The notes under the pieces are model-generated. The model was not told the origin of the DNA. It searched no databases and worked only from the letters and a program-made list of their open reading frames with translations. Below, one piece after another: positions 19,380 through 30,091 of a DNA stretch of 64,000 nucleotides (position 1 is the first letter of the stretch; every line of letters starts with the position of its first letter). The position numbers and the translations under genes are program-made. The stretch lies in sequence record NC_028829.1. One strand, written 5' to 3'.

Positions 19380-19408
19380 AGTGTACATGAGTTCATGCAC
19401 ACTGTCAA
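19380..19408 (-). promoter_or_regulatory. Early promoter for rnlA
   Basis: TTGACA-17 bp-TACACT. Confidence 0.7.
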
Positions 19409-19412
19409 CAAC

Positions 19413-19715
19413 TTATTTCAAGATTTCTGTGATGATTTCTTTAACCTTTGATAGGTTAAGTTCGACTCGGGGCGGAATGACGATGCCATGAATCGACGGC
19501 TCTTCGTTTTTAAACGTCAACGATAATACATTATTATCATGATCAACATACCAAGATGAAATATCGAGTTGAATGTCACGCTCGTATTTGACGTATCTTA
19601 TTTCATCAATACCAAGTTCACGAGCAAAATCAGTGCGCATTTCTGCGCTACTGATTTCAATTTTATCTACATTAGCCAAAGAAGCTCTCCAATGTGATGG
19701 TTTTCTTGTAGTCAA
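19413..19715 (-). CDS. Hypothetical protein
   Basis: ORF overlapping the 3' end of gene 43; start uncertain. Confidence 0.45.
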   Translation of the reverse strand: MTTRKPSHWRASLANVDKIEISSAEMRTDFARELGIDEIRYVKYERDIQLDISSWYVDHDNNVLSLTFKNEEPSIHGIVIPPRVELNLSKVKEIITEILK

Positions 19716-22224
19716 ACTTGATTGCTTCAGAAATCGCAGTCAATGGTTTGATGAACTTATCTTCGTACAAACGATTGTAATCTACGTGGTCAATCAAGTA
19801 TGAGATTGGTTCAGGTAGTTTACCACCAGATGGGTAAGCAATACGGTCAATGCCGTGTTTGTTTCGAGTCAAGAACACAACAGCGATTTTATCACCTTCG
19901 TTGATCTTGTCGAACCCATGTTGTGCAGCTAGTTTGTTGTAGTACAACGCACCTTTTACATGACCTGGACAACCTTTACCTGGGTTACCTTGCTCGTCAG
20001 AGTATTTGTTCATGTTGTTCGCGCTAGACACAAACGACACTTCTTGATACGGAGCTACTTTGAACTCTTTCTCATACTCTTTAACGAATTCTTGAAGCTT
20101 CTCTTCGCCTTCTTGCAGAATCAAACGAATTGCTTCTTTAAGACCTTTTTGGCAAAGTGGTGGTGTTGAACTACGTTGAGTTTCAATACCCATGATTTTC
20201 AGCTTCGGTTTACGAATGCCTTCGTTATCTTGTACGTCAAGCGCGTAACGCTTTTTCGCGATAAAGAAGCCAGTACGTGCTAGAACTTCTCGGTCCATGA
20301 ACATTTGACGCTCATACGTGTTCATGTACTTGTGCAGTGCTTCGTATGACGGGTTGATAACTTTCGTTTCAACTGTCTCACAGACTTTAGAGAATTTATC
20401 TGTGTATTCATCACCTTCAAGTTTGTTAACGCCAGTAAGTTCAAGAAGCGGATCAAAGTTAACGTAGATTGAGTCGGTATCACCGTAAATCACGTAGTCT
20501 TTGTCAGTTGTCTTACAAACTTTGTTCAACCAGATGTTAACGTCACGCGCTACCCATTTGATTGCAAGCTGACCGTATGCGGTTACAGCTTCTGCATTAC
20601 GTAGATCGTAGAAGCGGAAGTATTCGTTACCTAACGCACCATAGAGTGAGTTGATCAAGATCTTACGTGCCATTTGCTGTACGTCGTAGATCTTCGCTTC
20701 ATGTTTCGCGTGCTCGTATGCTTCACGAAGTTCAGGTGTTTCACCTTCTTCGTCCATTTTTTTCTTGATGTCGATTGCTTGCTGTTCGTATTCGAACGCT
20801 TTCTTCTTATTAGCTTTACGCTGGAAGAAGACTTTCTCAATCTCAATCGGGATTACACCACGCACGTCTTTGCGATATTGCATACCGTTCGCGCTGTTTG
20901 AAATGTCATCAGCAGGGAACGTAATAGCCATGTCAACAATCTTGTCGATACGATCTTCAAGTGTACCTTCATAGTCAAGCTGACCAACGATTGTTTCTGG
21001 TGAAATGTTACACTCACGAATAATCGACGGGTACAGTGATGTTAAGTCGAAAGAGCCAATGCCGCGATGATAACCCACTTGAGGTGCTTTTACAAACGCG
21101 CCCATGAATCGACCACCTTCGTGGGATGTCATCATAGGTACTACTTTCTTCTCAGCTTTCAAACTGTTGAAGATGATTGCATCCCACGGTTTAATCGTAC
21201 CAAGTACCGTCTGATAGTTGATACCCGCATAGTACGCTAGAGAAACAGTCAAAAGCATCAACTGAAGTTTCTCATCAAGTCGTTTAACCAAGTTAACGTC
21301 TTGAATCTGATAGTCAATGAAGTTCTGATAATCTTGCTCATAGAACTCTAGGTAGTTCGCTTGTGTAAACTCAACTTTTTTCTCATCAAGTTCAACTTCA
21401 CCGATGTAATCAAGACGATAAGATGGTCGAGTCACGTAAGTGAATTTCTTGTAAAGCTGAAGATAATCGAGTTCAGATACGCCGACGATATTCACTTTAC
21501 AGATTTCTTGACCGTAATCGTTAGTCATCGTCGAAATGTGAACTTTACCCCACGGTGACAAGCTATTCATCACCTTCTCACCAAACAGATTTTTGTATCG
21601 ATTGACAATGTATGGCATATCGAACGATTCAATGTTCCAACCTGTTACGATTGCTGGGGTCTTTTCGCGCCAGAATTGCAGATACTTAACAAGTAACTCT
21701 TTTTCAGTTGCACAGCGAATATACACTGTTTTTTCTAGAAGTTCTGGCTTAACGATGCTGCTTTCACGCGACCATTCTTCATTTGATGGAATACCGTAAA
21801 CGTAGAATTTATCGTCGATGTTGTCATAGTGACCGATTGAAGTAATAGGCACTGGAGCGTGCGCTGCTTCAGGGAACTCAACAGACGGGGTTTCGATATC
21901 GATATTTGCAATTCGAATACGATTGATGTCGAAGTTACGTTCTTTGTAAGTATCAGAGATATAAGTTACAACGAAGTCGTCCATACCGAGTACTTCATGA
22001 TGCTGCTTAGTGTCTTTGATGTACTTACTAGCTTCGCCCATTGTGTCAAACATCTTTGGGCGACAGTTGCGACCGTAGATGTCGTTGTAACCAGTTTCTT
22101 CGTTACAGTGAATGAACAGAGTCGGTTCATATTTGACTTTGCGCATATGCTCAAACCCGTCATCATCTAAATAACGTTCACAAAGATTAGAGCCGATTCG
22201 TTCAATTGATGTATAGATTGCCAT
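19672..22224 (-). CDS. 43: Family B DNA polymerase (gp43), unsplit
   Basis: DIET exonuclease motif, [24 protein letters not shown]. Confidence 0.98.
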   Translation of the reverse strand: MAIYTSIERIGSNLCERYLDDDGFEHMRKVKYEPTLFIHCNEETGYNDIYGRNCRPKMFDTMGEASKYIKDTKQHHEVLGMDDFVVTYISDTYKERNFDINRIRIANIDIETPSVEFPEAAHAPVPITSIGHYDNIDDKFYVYGIPSNEEWSRESSIVKPELLEKTVYIRCATEKELLVKYLQFWREKTPAIVTGWNIESFDMPYIVNRYKNLFGEKVMNSLSPWGKVHISTMTNDYGQEICKVNIVGVSELDYLQLYKKFTYVTRPSYRLDYIGEVELDEKKVEFTQANYLEFYEQDYQNFIDYQIQDVNLVKRLDEKLQLMLLTVSLAYYAGINYQTVLGTIKPWDAIIFNSLKAEKKVVPMMTSHEGGRFMGAFVKAPQVGYHRGIGSFDLTSLYPSIIRECNISPETIVGQLDYEGTLEDRIDKIVDMAITFPADDISNSANGMQYRKDVRGVIPIEIEKVFFQRKANKKKAFEYEQQAIDIKKKMDEEGETPELREAYEHAKHEAKIYDVQQMARKILINSLYGALGNEYFRFYDLRNAEAVTAYGQLAIKWVARDVNIWLNKVCKTTDKDYVIYGDTDSIYVNFDPLLELTGVNKLEGDEYTDKFSKVCETVETKVINPSYEALHKYMNTYERQMFMDREVLARTGFFIAKKRYALDVQDNEGIRKPKLKIMGIETQRSSTPPLCQKGLKEAIRLILQEGEEKLQEFVKEYEKEFKVAPYQEVSFVSSANNMNKYSDEQGNPGKGCPGHVKGALYYNKLAAQHGFDKINEGDKIAVVFLTRNKHGIDRIAYPSGGKLPEPISYLIDHVDYNRLYEDKFIKPLTAISEAIKFDYKKTITLESFFG

Positions 22225-22258
22225 GATATTCCTTCACAAGTTGTTACGTGTTGTTATA

Positions 22259-22870
22259 TTAAAGTGCAATACACTTCTTATAAACATTCTTTATGTATTT
22301 TTTCAAATATTCTTTAGTGATTTTCTCATTTGTATACTTTTCAACTGAGCGATTAATTGCGTATCTGGCGTCTTTATTAAATCGAACAATTGGCTTGTGT
22401 TTAGATAAATCCCATGCAATATGTAAGTTCTCAGGGTTTTTCCCGTGCGTATTGAATTCACTAGATGAAATATAGAGATTGGTATAATCAGGTAAATCAC
22501 TGATAAGATAGATGTCATATGTTGAGCGATCAACGAATAGAAAATAAAACTTTATATTATCTCGACCCTCGTCGTTGACAATACCAATATAGTCATGATA
22601 TTTGAATTGATCGATATAAAGTATTTTCACACCGTCGATGCTTGGGTGATAAGATACGTATGACTTGACTTTGGCATCAAGCCCGTAAATGATGTCTCCG
22701 CCGAAACGATGAGCACCTTCGAAAACAACATCATAATCATAATTGCAACGACCATGTTGATCTCGATATTTGTCAGTACGAGCGACAAGAGTACATCCGA
22801 GATAGTCAGGTAAGATTGCTTCAGCTAGATATTCACCAACTAAACCAATTTCAAATCTTGCGTCTGCCAT
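22259..22870 (-). CDS. Putative PD-(D/E)XK nuclease, possible free-standing homing endonuclease
   Basis: G.VGEYLA, YDYD and DAKVK motifs; visibly AT-rich; sits between regA and 43. Confidence 0.45.
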   Translation of the reverse strand: MADARFEIGLVGEYLAEAILPDYLGCTLVARTDKYRDQHGRCNYDYDVVFEGAHRFGGDIIYGLDAKVKSYVSYHPSIDGVKILYIDQFKYHDYIGIVNDEGRDNIKFYFLFVDRSTYDIYLISDLPDYTNLYISSSEFNTHGKNPENLHIAWDLSKHKPIVRFNKDARYAINRSVEKYTNEKITKEYLKKYIKNVYKKCIAL

Positions 22871-22887
22871 AATACATTCCTCAAAAT

Positions 22888-22908
22888 AAAGGGGCTTAAT
22901 TGCCCCTT
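22888..22908 (-). terminator. Terminator after regA
   Basis: AAGGGGC-TTAATT-GCCCCTT stem. Confidence 0.75.
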
Positions 22909-22941
22909 ATTAATTAAAACCAGTCTTCTTCCCGTCTCATA

Positions 22942-23322
22942 TTAACCGCCAATTTTATATTTGTAACGTAAATTCCAGTTTTTAGAATCACGGAACGAAA
23001 TAACTCGAAACTTATTATCGCCAGTAAATTCGTGCGACTCAGGGTGCGCGATCTTACATAGATTCCAATCTTCAAGTAATTTAGCAATGTTATTACGACG
23101 CTCAATATCTTCGTCTGTTATTTCAACGCAACGACCGTCAAGTGCTAAAAGCTCTTTAAAATGTACGAGGAAATAAACGCCACGTTTCTGAAGAATATGG
23201 CACGATTGATATAGAGTATTTGTTTTGTTGTTCGCGATGCCGATTCGCGTTAATGTCTCGCGAATCTTTAGAAATGCATCGTCGTCTGGTAATTGAATTT
23301 CAAGTTTGTTAATAATGTCCAT
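22942..23322 (-). CDS. regA: Translational repressor RegA
   Basis: FLKIRETLTRIGIAN, LYQSCHILQK, HFKEL. Confidence 0.95.
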   Translation of the reverse strand: MDIINKLEIQLPDDDAFLKIRETLTRIGIANNKTNTLYQSCHILQKRGVYFLVHFKELLALDGRCVEITDEDIERRNNIAKLLEDWNLCKIAHPESHEFTGDNKFRVISFRDSKNWNLRYKYKIGG

Positions 23323-23356
23323 GATTAATCTCAACAGCATAATAAAAATATATTTA

Positions 23357-23851
23357 TTAGCGTGTTAAGCCCCCCGTTCGTGAGTCGTACCATTCTTGTA
23401 ATTGATTCAACTCTTCGGGCGTTAGACGATTTGAAATACTAATTGCATGTGATTTATTGACGTTGTATACATCAACAATTAGATCAACATAGTCATATTT
23501 CGGTTCTTTTGCCCATGAATTGAATCGCTTACCTTTACGAACTGCATGATACAAATAATCATATTGCATTTCATTCGGTAACTTACTACCAACCGAATCC
23601 ATGATATACGCATGAAGAACTGTATCGATGCCGTTGCTCAATGCGCGATTCACCATAAATGGTAGATATTGCTCATCAACAACCGCATCTGGTAAACGTT
23701 TCTTCATGTAGATACTGTCAACGAAATCAAACGGTGAATATTTCTCTGCTTTCTTCGCTTTCTTCAGCTCTTCTTCGTATTCTTTTTCTTCTTCAGCGAT
23801 TCTCGCTTCAGTTTCTTCGCCTTTCGCTAGGAATTCAAAGATGTCCATCAA
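23357..23851 (-). CDS. 62: Clamp loader small subunit gp62
   Basis: FMVNRALS...YDYL...V.KGKRF..WAK; synteny. Confidence 0.9.
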   Translation of the reverse strand: MMDIFEFLAKGEETEARIAEEEKEYEEELKKAKKAEKYSPFDFVDSIYMKKRLPDAVVDEQYLPFMVNRALSNGIDTVLHAYIMDSVGSKLPNEMQYDYLYHAVRKGKRFNSWAKEPKYDYVDLIVDVYNVNKSHAISISNRLTPEELNQLQEWYDSRTGGLTR

Positions 23852-23857
23852 ACCCCC

Positions 23858-24808
23858 TTATACGAAAGTACACTCAAGCATGATTTGAACAAGCGTGTAC
23901 GCTAGTAGAATTTCAGTATCGACACAAGTTGTAGCGTTGTTGTTTGCTTCGCCTACAATTTGAATGAATGTCGGGATGCTATTACCGTCTAAGTCAGTAT
24001 ATGCCGCTTTGTAAAGATTATGTAGAAACGACGCAAGATCTCCAGAGTATTTCGGAATCAGACCGCGAATCGTTTTGAAGTCTTTCGATTTCAAAGCCGC
24101 AATCATTTCAGAAATATCATCGTTTGCTGTGATCTCTGAAAGAATACCTTCGTCGATAACACCTTTACGAGAATAATTCTGCAACGCAACAACAGTTTTA
24201 CGATTGTCTGGGTAATTGCGTTTTACAAGCTCTTTCAACACCGCTGCATTGGTCACAGAAATGCCTTCTTGCTTACAAATACTCATCGAACGCAGAATCA
24301 TTTGCTTGATACACGATAGTCGCTCGTCTTTGTCGTATACAAACTCGAATGTCTGTAGACGTGAACGAATCGGTGTTAAGATTTTCTGAGAATAGTTACA
24401 TGTCAGAATAAAGCGAACGTTTTTGCTGTATTGCTCAATCAAACCACGTAGTGCTTTCTGAGCATCTGGTGTTAAGTTGTCTGCCTCATCAAGAATGATT
24501 GCTTTTGGCTTACCAGAGAATGATACAGTCGAACAGAATGCAGGTAAATCGTTCTGTACAAGCTTGATGCCGCGACTAGATGATGCGTTAATGAAAAGCA
24601 CTTCATAACCCATATCTGCAAGCACAGCACGCGCAACAGTCGTTTTACCAGTACCAGGTGAAGAACTTGCTAACAGCATGTTTGGGATTTCACCCGAATC
24701 AATCATCGCTTGAAAGTGTTCACGCACGCGCTCGGGTAATACACAGTCGTTGATTGTTTGTGGACGGTAGCGTTGTTCCCATAGAAGTTCTTTCGGATCA
24801 AAATTCAT
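23858..24808 (-). CDS. 44: Clamp loader ATPase gp44
   Basis: WEQRYRP, SPGTGKTT, DEAD, SRL. Confidence 0.97.
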   Translation of the reverse strand: MNFDPKELLWEQRYRPQTINDCVLPERVREHFQAMIDSGEIPNMLLASSSPGTGKTTVARAVLADMGYEVLFINASSSRGIKLVQNDLPAFCSTVSFSGKPKAIILDEADNLTPDAQKALRGLIEQYSKNVRFILTCNYSQKILTPIRSRLQTFEFVYDKDERLSCIKQMILRSMSICKQEGISVTNAAVLKELVKRNYPDNRKTVVALQNYSRKGVIDEGILSEITANDDISEMIAALKSKDFKTIRGLIPKYSGDLASFLHNLYKAAYTDLDGNSIPTFIQIVGEANNNATTCVDTEILLAYTLVQIMLECTFV

Positions 24809-24838
24809 TTAGTCGTTTCCCATAATAAAATTTTCAAA

Positions 24839-24858
24839 AAAGGGGCTTTGCAGCCCCG
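24839..24858 (-). terminator. Terminator after gene 45
   Basis: GGGGC-TTTGCA-GCCCC with an A/T run. Confidence 0.7.
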
Positions 24859-24874
24859 ATAACTTACAAATAAC

Positions 24875-25540
24875 TTAAAGTGCTTCGGTTGCAATGAAGT
24901 ACTCAAGTGATAGACCCAAGAAGCGAGAAATACCCGCTGGGTGAATCGAAACTTTGTAGTCTTGGTCAACGATGTTCAAACGCTCTGCTTTGAAGAAGAA
25001 CTTGAATTCAACGTCTGATTCAACTTCACCAACGTTGATTTCAAACGTGTGTTTGCTTGAACCTTGTGCATCAGTAGCTGATAGCGTGATTGCAGTGCTA
25101 CCCGCTTCAGTTCGAACACAAATGTCAGAAAGACCTAGTGTCGCAGACGCTTTTTTAACGCGCTGTAGATCTTCACCTTTGAGATCAAACTCAGCACCGC
25201 CGTCTAGTTCAGTAGGGAAGTTTACCTTTTCGGGTGCTTCAGTTACAAACTCAGCGTTTGCATATTGGAACGTAAGCTTCGTACCACCATCACCAGTAAC
25301 GACAACGTATTTTTCTTGGAAATCAAGTTCAGCATTGTCAAGCAAGTTCAACGCGCTTAGAAACTCACCCAGATCGTACACTGCAAACTCTACAGGGAAC
25401 GAATCTTCGATGTCAGCGTAAGCGATTTGCTTGTTCAAGTTGTCTTGAGTACGTAGTCGAGAACCTTGATGGATAACCATGCCGTTGTTGATGCCTGCAA
25501 AGTTTTTCAGTACTTCGATTGTAGATTTAGATAGTTTCAT
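24875..25540 (-). CDS. 45: Sliding clamp gp45
   Basis: MKLSKSTIEVLKNFAGIN, FAVYDLGEFL. Confidence 0.95.
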   Translation of the reverse strand: MKLSKSTIEVLKNFAGINNGMVIHQGSRLRTQDNLNKQIAYADIEDSFPVEFAVYDLGEFLSALNLLDNAELDFQEKYVVVTGDGGTKLTFQYANAEFVTEAPEKVNFPTELDGGAEFDLKGEDLQRVKKASATLGLSDICVRTEAGSTAITLSATDAQGSSKHTFEINVGEVESDVEFKFFFKAERLNIVDQDYKVSIHPAGISRFLGLSLEYFIATEAL

Positions 25541-25574
25541 TCTTTTACCTTCAAGATTATGATATTTTATTCAA

Positions 25575-25841
25575 TTAAAGTTTAAAGCCACGTTCAGTAT
25601 ATTCAAAGTTATACTCGTAAGCAGTAAAGTAGTCGTCTAGACCAGATGTGATTTTCAACCAACGCTCTTTACCGAACGCTTCTAGTAGTTGAGCCTCAGG
25701 GATGATTTTTTCTTCGCCAGTGAATGCATCAATGATAACCCAATGTTTTATCTCTGGCATAGATTGATAATTGTCTAAGTTCATTTGCATTTCCTCAATA
25801 GCTGCGCTTATATTAGCACGGCTATTTACCGGTCTAAACAC
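25575..25841 (-). CDS. rpbA: RNA polymerase-binding protein RpbA-like
   Basis: Position upstream of gene 45; HWVI...AFG.ERW.KI pattern. Confidence 0.7.
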   Translation of the reverse strand: MFRPVNSRANISAAIEEMQMNLDNYQSMPEIKHWVIIDAFTGEEKIIPEAQLLEAFGKERWLKITSGLDDYFTAYEYNFEYTERGFKL

Positions 25842-26305
25842 TATTGAATGAAGAAAAACGCAGTTTTCTTGTTAAACTCACGATGCAAAATATGCATCAA
25901 TTCATCTACTTTCGTAGATACACCGCGAATGCGTTGTTCAGCAAACGAATATGTGTCAAACAAGATGATGTCTGGCATATTTGCATTGCCACGACCTACG
26001 AATGCGTTGTGATAAACCCCATCACGAACGATCTTGTCATAAGTCGTTGCCATGTCATGATTACAACCACGGCGATTCATCGAACGATTTAATTCGTTGT
26101 AATAGACTTCAAGCACATTGAAACCTTCGCGTCGTAGACGCTCTGCGGCTTTTACCATCGAAGTTGTATGACCAGTCGCACGACCGAGCATAAAGCGCCC
26201 GATCTTCGTTTCTGGACATTCTGTGTGTGTGTCGTTAAGTAAAAGATACTTACACATCGTGTAAATATCTTCACTGTAATCGACCGTCATCGGTACGAGT
26301 TTCAT
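25841..26305 (-). CDS. Hypothetical protein with a Walker-A-like remnant
   Basis: GRATGHTT segment; position equivalent to T4 45.2. Confidence 0.55.
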   Translation of the reverse strand: MKLVPMTVDYSEDIYTMCKYLLLNDTHTECPETKIGRFMLGRATGHTTSMVKAAERLRREGFNVLEVYYNELNRSMNRRGCNHDMATTYDKIVRDGVYHNAFVGRGNANMPDIILFDTYSFAEQRIRGVSTKVDELMHILHREFNKKTAFFFIQ

Positions 26306-28539
26306 TTGACCTCTCTTGTGAAATTACCTTTCTTGGCAAATTTAATATGCTTATCAAACATGCTTTGTTCATGCTTCTCACTGTGTGAGATGATAAACAC
26401 GTTATCTTGAATACTGCTCAAGATTTGATTGATAGAATCAACACCATCAGTATCAGCAGCCGAATCAAATACTTCATCGAGTACTAATAGGTTGGTCATC
26501 GAACCTGTACGAGCACTTACTAAGTCACGGAACGCGAATAGCAATGCCAAGTCAATACGACAACGTTCACCTTGAGAGAATGACGTGTAACTAAAGTCGT
26601 CACGACCACGAGATTTAATCGTCTCGTTGAATTCTTCATCAAGAACAAAGTTGTAGTTTGCATTCATAGTCTTCAAGTAGTCATTGATATACTTGTTGAT
26701 CATCGGAATGTACTGGCGAACGATCATCGACTTCACGCCGTCATCTTTCAATAATGTACCAACGATGGTACGACAGTGCTTAGTCTGCAAATCATTTTGC
26801 AAGCCTGCTTTCACTTCACGAACTTCAGCAGTCAGTTTCTTGATCAGCGCCGAGCGGTCTTCCGTTGCAGCTTTCGCTTTTACGTCTTCAATGTCTGCAT
26901 TGATAGTCGCAATCTTGGACGTCAAGTTCTGCTCGTTAGTTATTGCTTTCGCTAATTCAGCTTTGTCTTTAGCGATGTTATTCGCTAATTCTTCGCGTTC
27001 ACTCGCACCCTTATCGGTCAATGACGCTTTGATGTCAGCAAACTGCGCAACTGATTCTGCACGAGCTTTAGATTGTTCTTCACGTAACAACGTCAGTGTA
27101 TCGTTGAAAATACTGGTTTTCTTCGACATTTCTTCACGCTGCGCTTCGATTACTTCAGCACGCTTCTCTGATTGCTTCTTAACGAGCACAGAACGCTCTG
27201 TACGCTGTTTCTCATCTAAAGCTGAACGTTCACTCGCACGAGTGCTAATATACTCACTACGAGCTTTAGACTGCGCTTGAGCAGCACGAATCTTTTCAGC
27301 AAGTGCTTTGCTTTCTTCAGTAAGAGTTGCGATCTGCGAATCAGCCATATCAATGACACTTTGCGCGAAATCAGACGAAATTGTTTGCTTACACGTCGAA
27401 CATTCACAGTCACCGTTCTTCTCAAAGAATTCTTTATTCTCTTTGAGCTTCGCGATTTCTTTCTTGTTGCTCAACACCGTCGAAGTATCAGCAGCAATAG
27501 CATCAGCATCGGGTGCTTCTGGTGTGTTTTTCTCGGTCTCTTTATCGAAATCAATCAATTCTTGTGAGTGTTCTTTGTCGAGGTCGAGAACTTCTTGTTC
27601 ATTCAGCTCGTCGATTACGTTCTGTTCGCTTGTTTGCTTAGCCTTGAGTTCATCAAGTTCTTCTTTCTGTTTAGATTCGATCTCGTTGATATTGGCACGA
27701 TGCTCAGAATCTAACGCAGCAAGTTCAGTTTCGTGCTCTTCTTCTGCCGCTGACAGCTCAAAATCAAGCTTCTGTTTCAGATCACGTAGAATCTTACTAT
27801 CGCCGCTGATTTGATTTTCAAGCTCTGCGATTTCACTACCAAGTGGTACCAATTCAGCTTCTGCTTCAGCTTTACGCTTTTCAAGTTGTGCAAGGTCACC
27901 ATCACGATTTTCTTGCTGCTCTTTTTGAAACTCAACGTGCAGTTTAAGCTCGCCCATGCGACGCTCAATTTCAGCTTCAGTTTCTTTGATCTTGTCGTTT
28001 AGATTTTTCAACTCGACTTTGTTCAATGATGCCATATCACTGAAAATACCAATGTCTAGTAAATCTTCTACGATTTCACGACGCTTACCCGCAGGTAGCA
28101 ACATAAACGGCGTATAACCCGCGGTACCAAGAACTGCAATCTGCTTAAACGTGCTCAAACTCATCTTCAAAATGTTCTTTTCGAGCATGTCTTGATAATC
28201 AGCGACCGCAGCTTCTTGAGGGATCAACTCATCATCTTTGTAGATTTCAAACTTGTTTGGTTTGATACCGCGAATAACTTTGTAAATGTGCTTGTTGTCT
28301 TGAAATACAATTTCAACCAACAGCTTTTTCTTATTCACTGCGTTGACAATCTGAGTTTTCTTGATATTACGGAATGGTTTACCGTACAATGCAAAACAGA
28401 CTGCTTCAATGAACGTCGATTTACCTGCACCGTTTGTGCCTGTAATCAAAGTCTTGTTAAATTCGTCTAGTTCAATCGTAATCGGCGTATTACCAACCGA
28501 CATGATATTACTATACGTTACTGTATCAAATTTAATCAT
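26302..28539 (-). CDS. 46: Rad50-like recombination ATPase gp46 with extended coiled coil
   Basis: GTNGAGKST, CSTC zinc hook, FSQGE signature, LDEVFD. Confidence 0.97.
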   Translation of the reverse strand: MIKFDTVTYSNIMSVGNTPITIELDEFNKTLITGTNGAGKSTFIEAVCFALYGKPFRNIKKTQIVNAVNKKKLLVEIVFQDNKHIYKVIRGIKPNKFEIYKDDELIPQEAAVADYQDMLEKNILKMSLSTFKQIAVLGTAGYTPFMLLPAGKRREIVEDLLDIGIFSDMASLNKVELKNLNDKIKETEAEIERRMGELKLHVEFQKEQQENRDGDLAQLEKRKAEAEAELVPLGSEIAELENQISGDSKILRDLKQKLDFELSAAEEEHETELAALDSEHRANINEIESKQKEELDELKAKQTSEQNVIDELNEQEVLDLDKEHSQELIDFDKETEKNTPEAPDADAIAADTSTVLSNKKEIAKLKENKEFFEKNGDCECSTCKQTISSDFAQSVIDMADSQIATLTEESKALAEKIRAAQAQSKARSEYISTRASERSALDEKQRTERSVLVKKQSEKRAEVIEAQREEMSKKTSIFNDTLTLLREEQSKARAESVAQFADIKASLTDKGASEREELANNIAKDKAELAKAITNEQNLTSKIATINADIEDVKAKAATEDRSALIKKLTAEVREVKAGLQNDLQTKHCRTIVGTLLKDDGVKSMIVRQYIPMINKYINDYLKTMNANYNFVLDEEFNETIKSRGRDDFSYTSFSQGERCRIDLALLFAFRDLVSARTGSMTNLLVLDEVFDSAADTDGVDSINQILSSIQDNVFIISHSEKHEQSMFDKHIKFAKKGNFTREVK

Positions 28540-28828
28540 TTCTTTTATTCCTATGTCGCATAAACGATTTAACGAACACGTAAATGAATATTAAAAAGCT
28601 CAAAAACAGTGATACCAGCGACGAACAAAAAAAACCGATTAAAAACAGCAGCAATGTAACTACAAACATTGATGTTATTTGTTTGTGCTGTGCAGTTAGA
28701 CCACGCATAGAGTCCATTCTATCGGGTTCAATTGAAACCACTGTTCCTATCTCGCTTCGTTGAATTGTCTTAATTTTGCGTTTGCTTATCGGTAAAGCAG
28801 TCCTAAACCACTGATTGAATTTAATCAT
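28532..28828 (-). CDS. Two-TM membrane protein
   Basis: Hydrophobic C-terminal half. Confidence 0.5.
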   Translation of the reverse strand: MIKFNQWFRTALPISKRKIKTIQRSEIGTVVSIEPDRMDSMRGLTAQHKQITSMFVVTLLLFLIGFFCSSLVSLFLSFLIFIYVFVKSFMRHRNKRND

Positions 28829-29051
28829 TTGCTATTTCATCCCATCGGTCGATTGCTTCTTCTTTCGTTGCACCATAGACAACTAGGTTATGCTCAACGA
28901 ACGGCGGCGTGCGCTGATCATCGTCATCATTATCACACTCAACAATCCACGCTGTGAACGAACAACCATTCGCCATTACGGGTGACTTATGAATAAACGG
29001 AAGCTTACCGCAAATTTTACAAGGACTCACTAATTCACGTTCTGACATCAC
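28821..29051 (-). CDS. Lar-like (restriction alleviation family) small protein
   Basis: ELVSPCKICG ... IVEC ... TKEEAIDRW pattern. Confidence 0.5.
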   Translation of the reverse strand: MMSERELVSPCKICGKLPFIHKSPVMANGCSFTAWIVECDNDDDDQRTPPFVEHNLVVYGATKEEAIDRWDEIAND

Positions 29052-30091
29052 GAATTCTCCAAAGCTTCAGCCCGAAGCGCCGAGAATATTGCTTTGACTT
29101 TCGTCTTGACTTCAGTCGATTCGTCTAACGTATCTGCATACTCTGCAACATAATCGTCGATGTCTTTAATCGATTTGATGTCATCAGCAACGTCTTTCTT
29201 GATGTCAAGTTCATCGAGCGTCTGGCACGCATGTGCAATTTGCGCAATACGGTCTTCAACAACGTCAAATGAAATCTCTCTCTTATCGCTTGAACGTCGC
29301 TCAACGATGATTTTAACGTTTTTATCTTCGTAAGACGGGATTGATTTTGCATCAAACGTTTCTGCATCAAAGTACAGTTTAGTGTGCCAACAATCAGGAT
29401 TTTCGATGAACTCAAGTTCATGTGTTTCAGTGTCAAACAAGAAGAACCCGCGCTTATCGTCAGCATCTGCAAGTGTCAAAGTATAAGGCGTACCTAGATA
29501 CTTGATATTACCTGCTTCAGATTGCGTATGGAAGTGACCTGACCAAACTTGCTTGTATTTCTTCAAGAACCCAGAATCAAGACATCCCGTTGCTTTTTGA
29601 CCGCGGTGAAACTCGAAGCCGTTTAGCTCAAAGTGACCTACACAGTACTCAGATGTACTATTTTTAATGAATTCATCAATTTCAACAGCGTTTTCTTTAC
29701 AAATCCACGGGATAATGTCAATTTTAACACCATCAAACTCAACAGTCGTCGGTTTCTCGTAGATTGTAACATCAGGTACGATGCTTAGTACTTCATACGG
29801 AGTATTCGGTACAATGCATTCGCGCAAGTGCATGTCATGGTTTCCCACAAGAACGTGAGTGTCATATCCCTTTAACATGCCGTTTAGATATGTTCGCTGA
29901 AACATCAATGTTTCTTGAGTTGCGCCACGACGAACATCAAACCAGTCACCTAGTTGAATAATCTGTTTGACGCCGCGCTTTTCAAGTTCAGCAAACATGA
30001 AGTCGAAGAATTTTCGTTGGTAGTTTTGCACCCACAAATCGTCATCTTTAATGCCGATGTGCAAGTCACCCAACAATGCTATTTTGCTCAT
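29048..30091 (-). CDS. 47: Mre11-like nuclease gp47
   Basis: GDLH, GDWFD, GNHD, SGHFH. Confidence 0.97.
   Translation of the reverse strand: MSKIALLGDLHIGIKDDDLWVQNYQRKFFDFMFAELEKRGVKQIIQLGDWFDVRRGATQETLMFQRTYLNGMLKGYDTHVLVGNHDMHLRECIVPNTPYEVLSIVPDVTIYEKPTTVEFDGVKIDIIPWICKENAVEIDEFIKNSTSEYCVGHFELNGFEFHRGQKATGCLDSGFLKKYKQVWSGHFHTQSEAGNIKYLGTPYTLTLADADDKRGFFLFDTETHELEFIENPDCWHTKLYFDAETFDAKSIPSYEDKNVKIIVERRSSDKREISFDVVEDRIAQIAHACQTLDELDIKKDVADDIKSIKDIDDYVAEYADTLDESTEVKTKVKAIFSALRAEALENS

Noticed and set aside
22225-22258. gp43 autogenous translational operator hairpin
   Set aside because: Only a weak 3-4 bp stem can be drawn, which is not enough to call
23351-23358. AATAAATA upstream of regA as a late promoter
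   Set aside because: It overlaps the gene 62 stop in an AT-rich spacer and could be chance; regA is normally early or middle
24972-27814. Long plus-strand ORFs (24972..25421, 26684..27280, 27308..27814; also 47693..48091 and 38746..39261 on the minus strand)
   Set aside because: Antisense shadows of genes 45, 46, 39 and alt with no RBS or motifs; expected from codon bias
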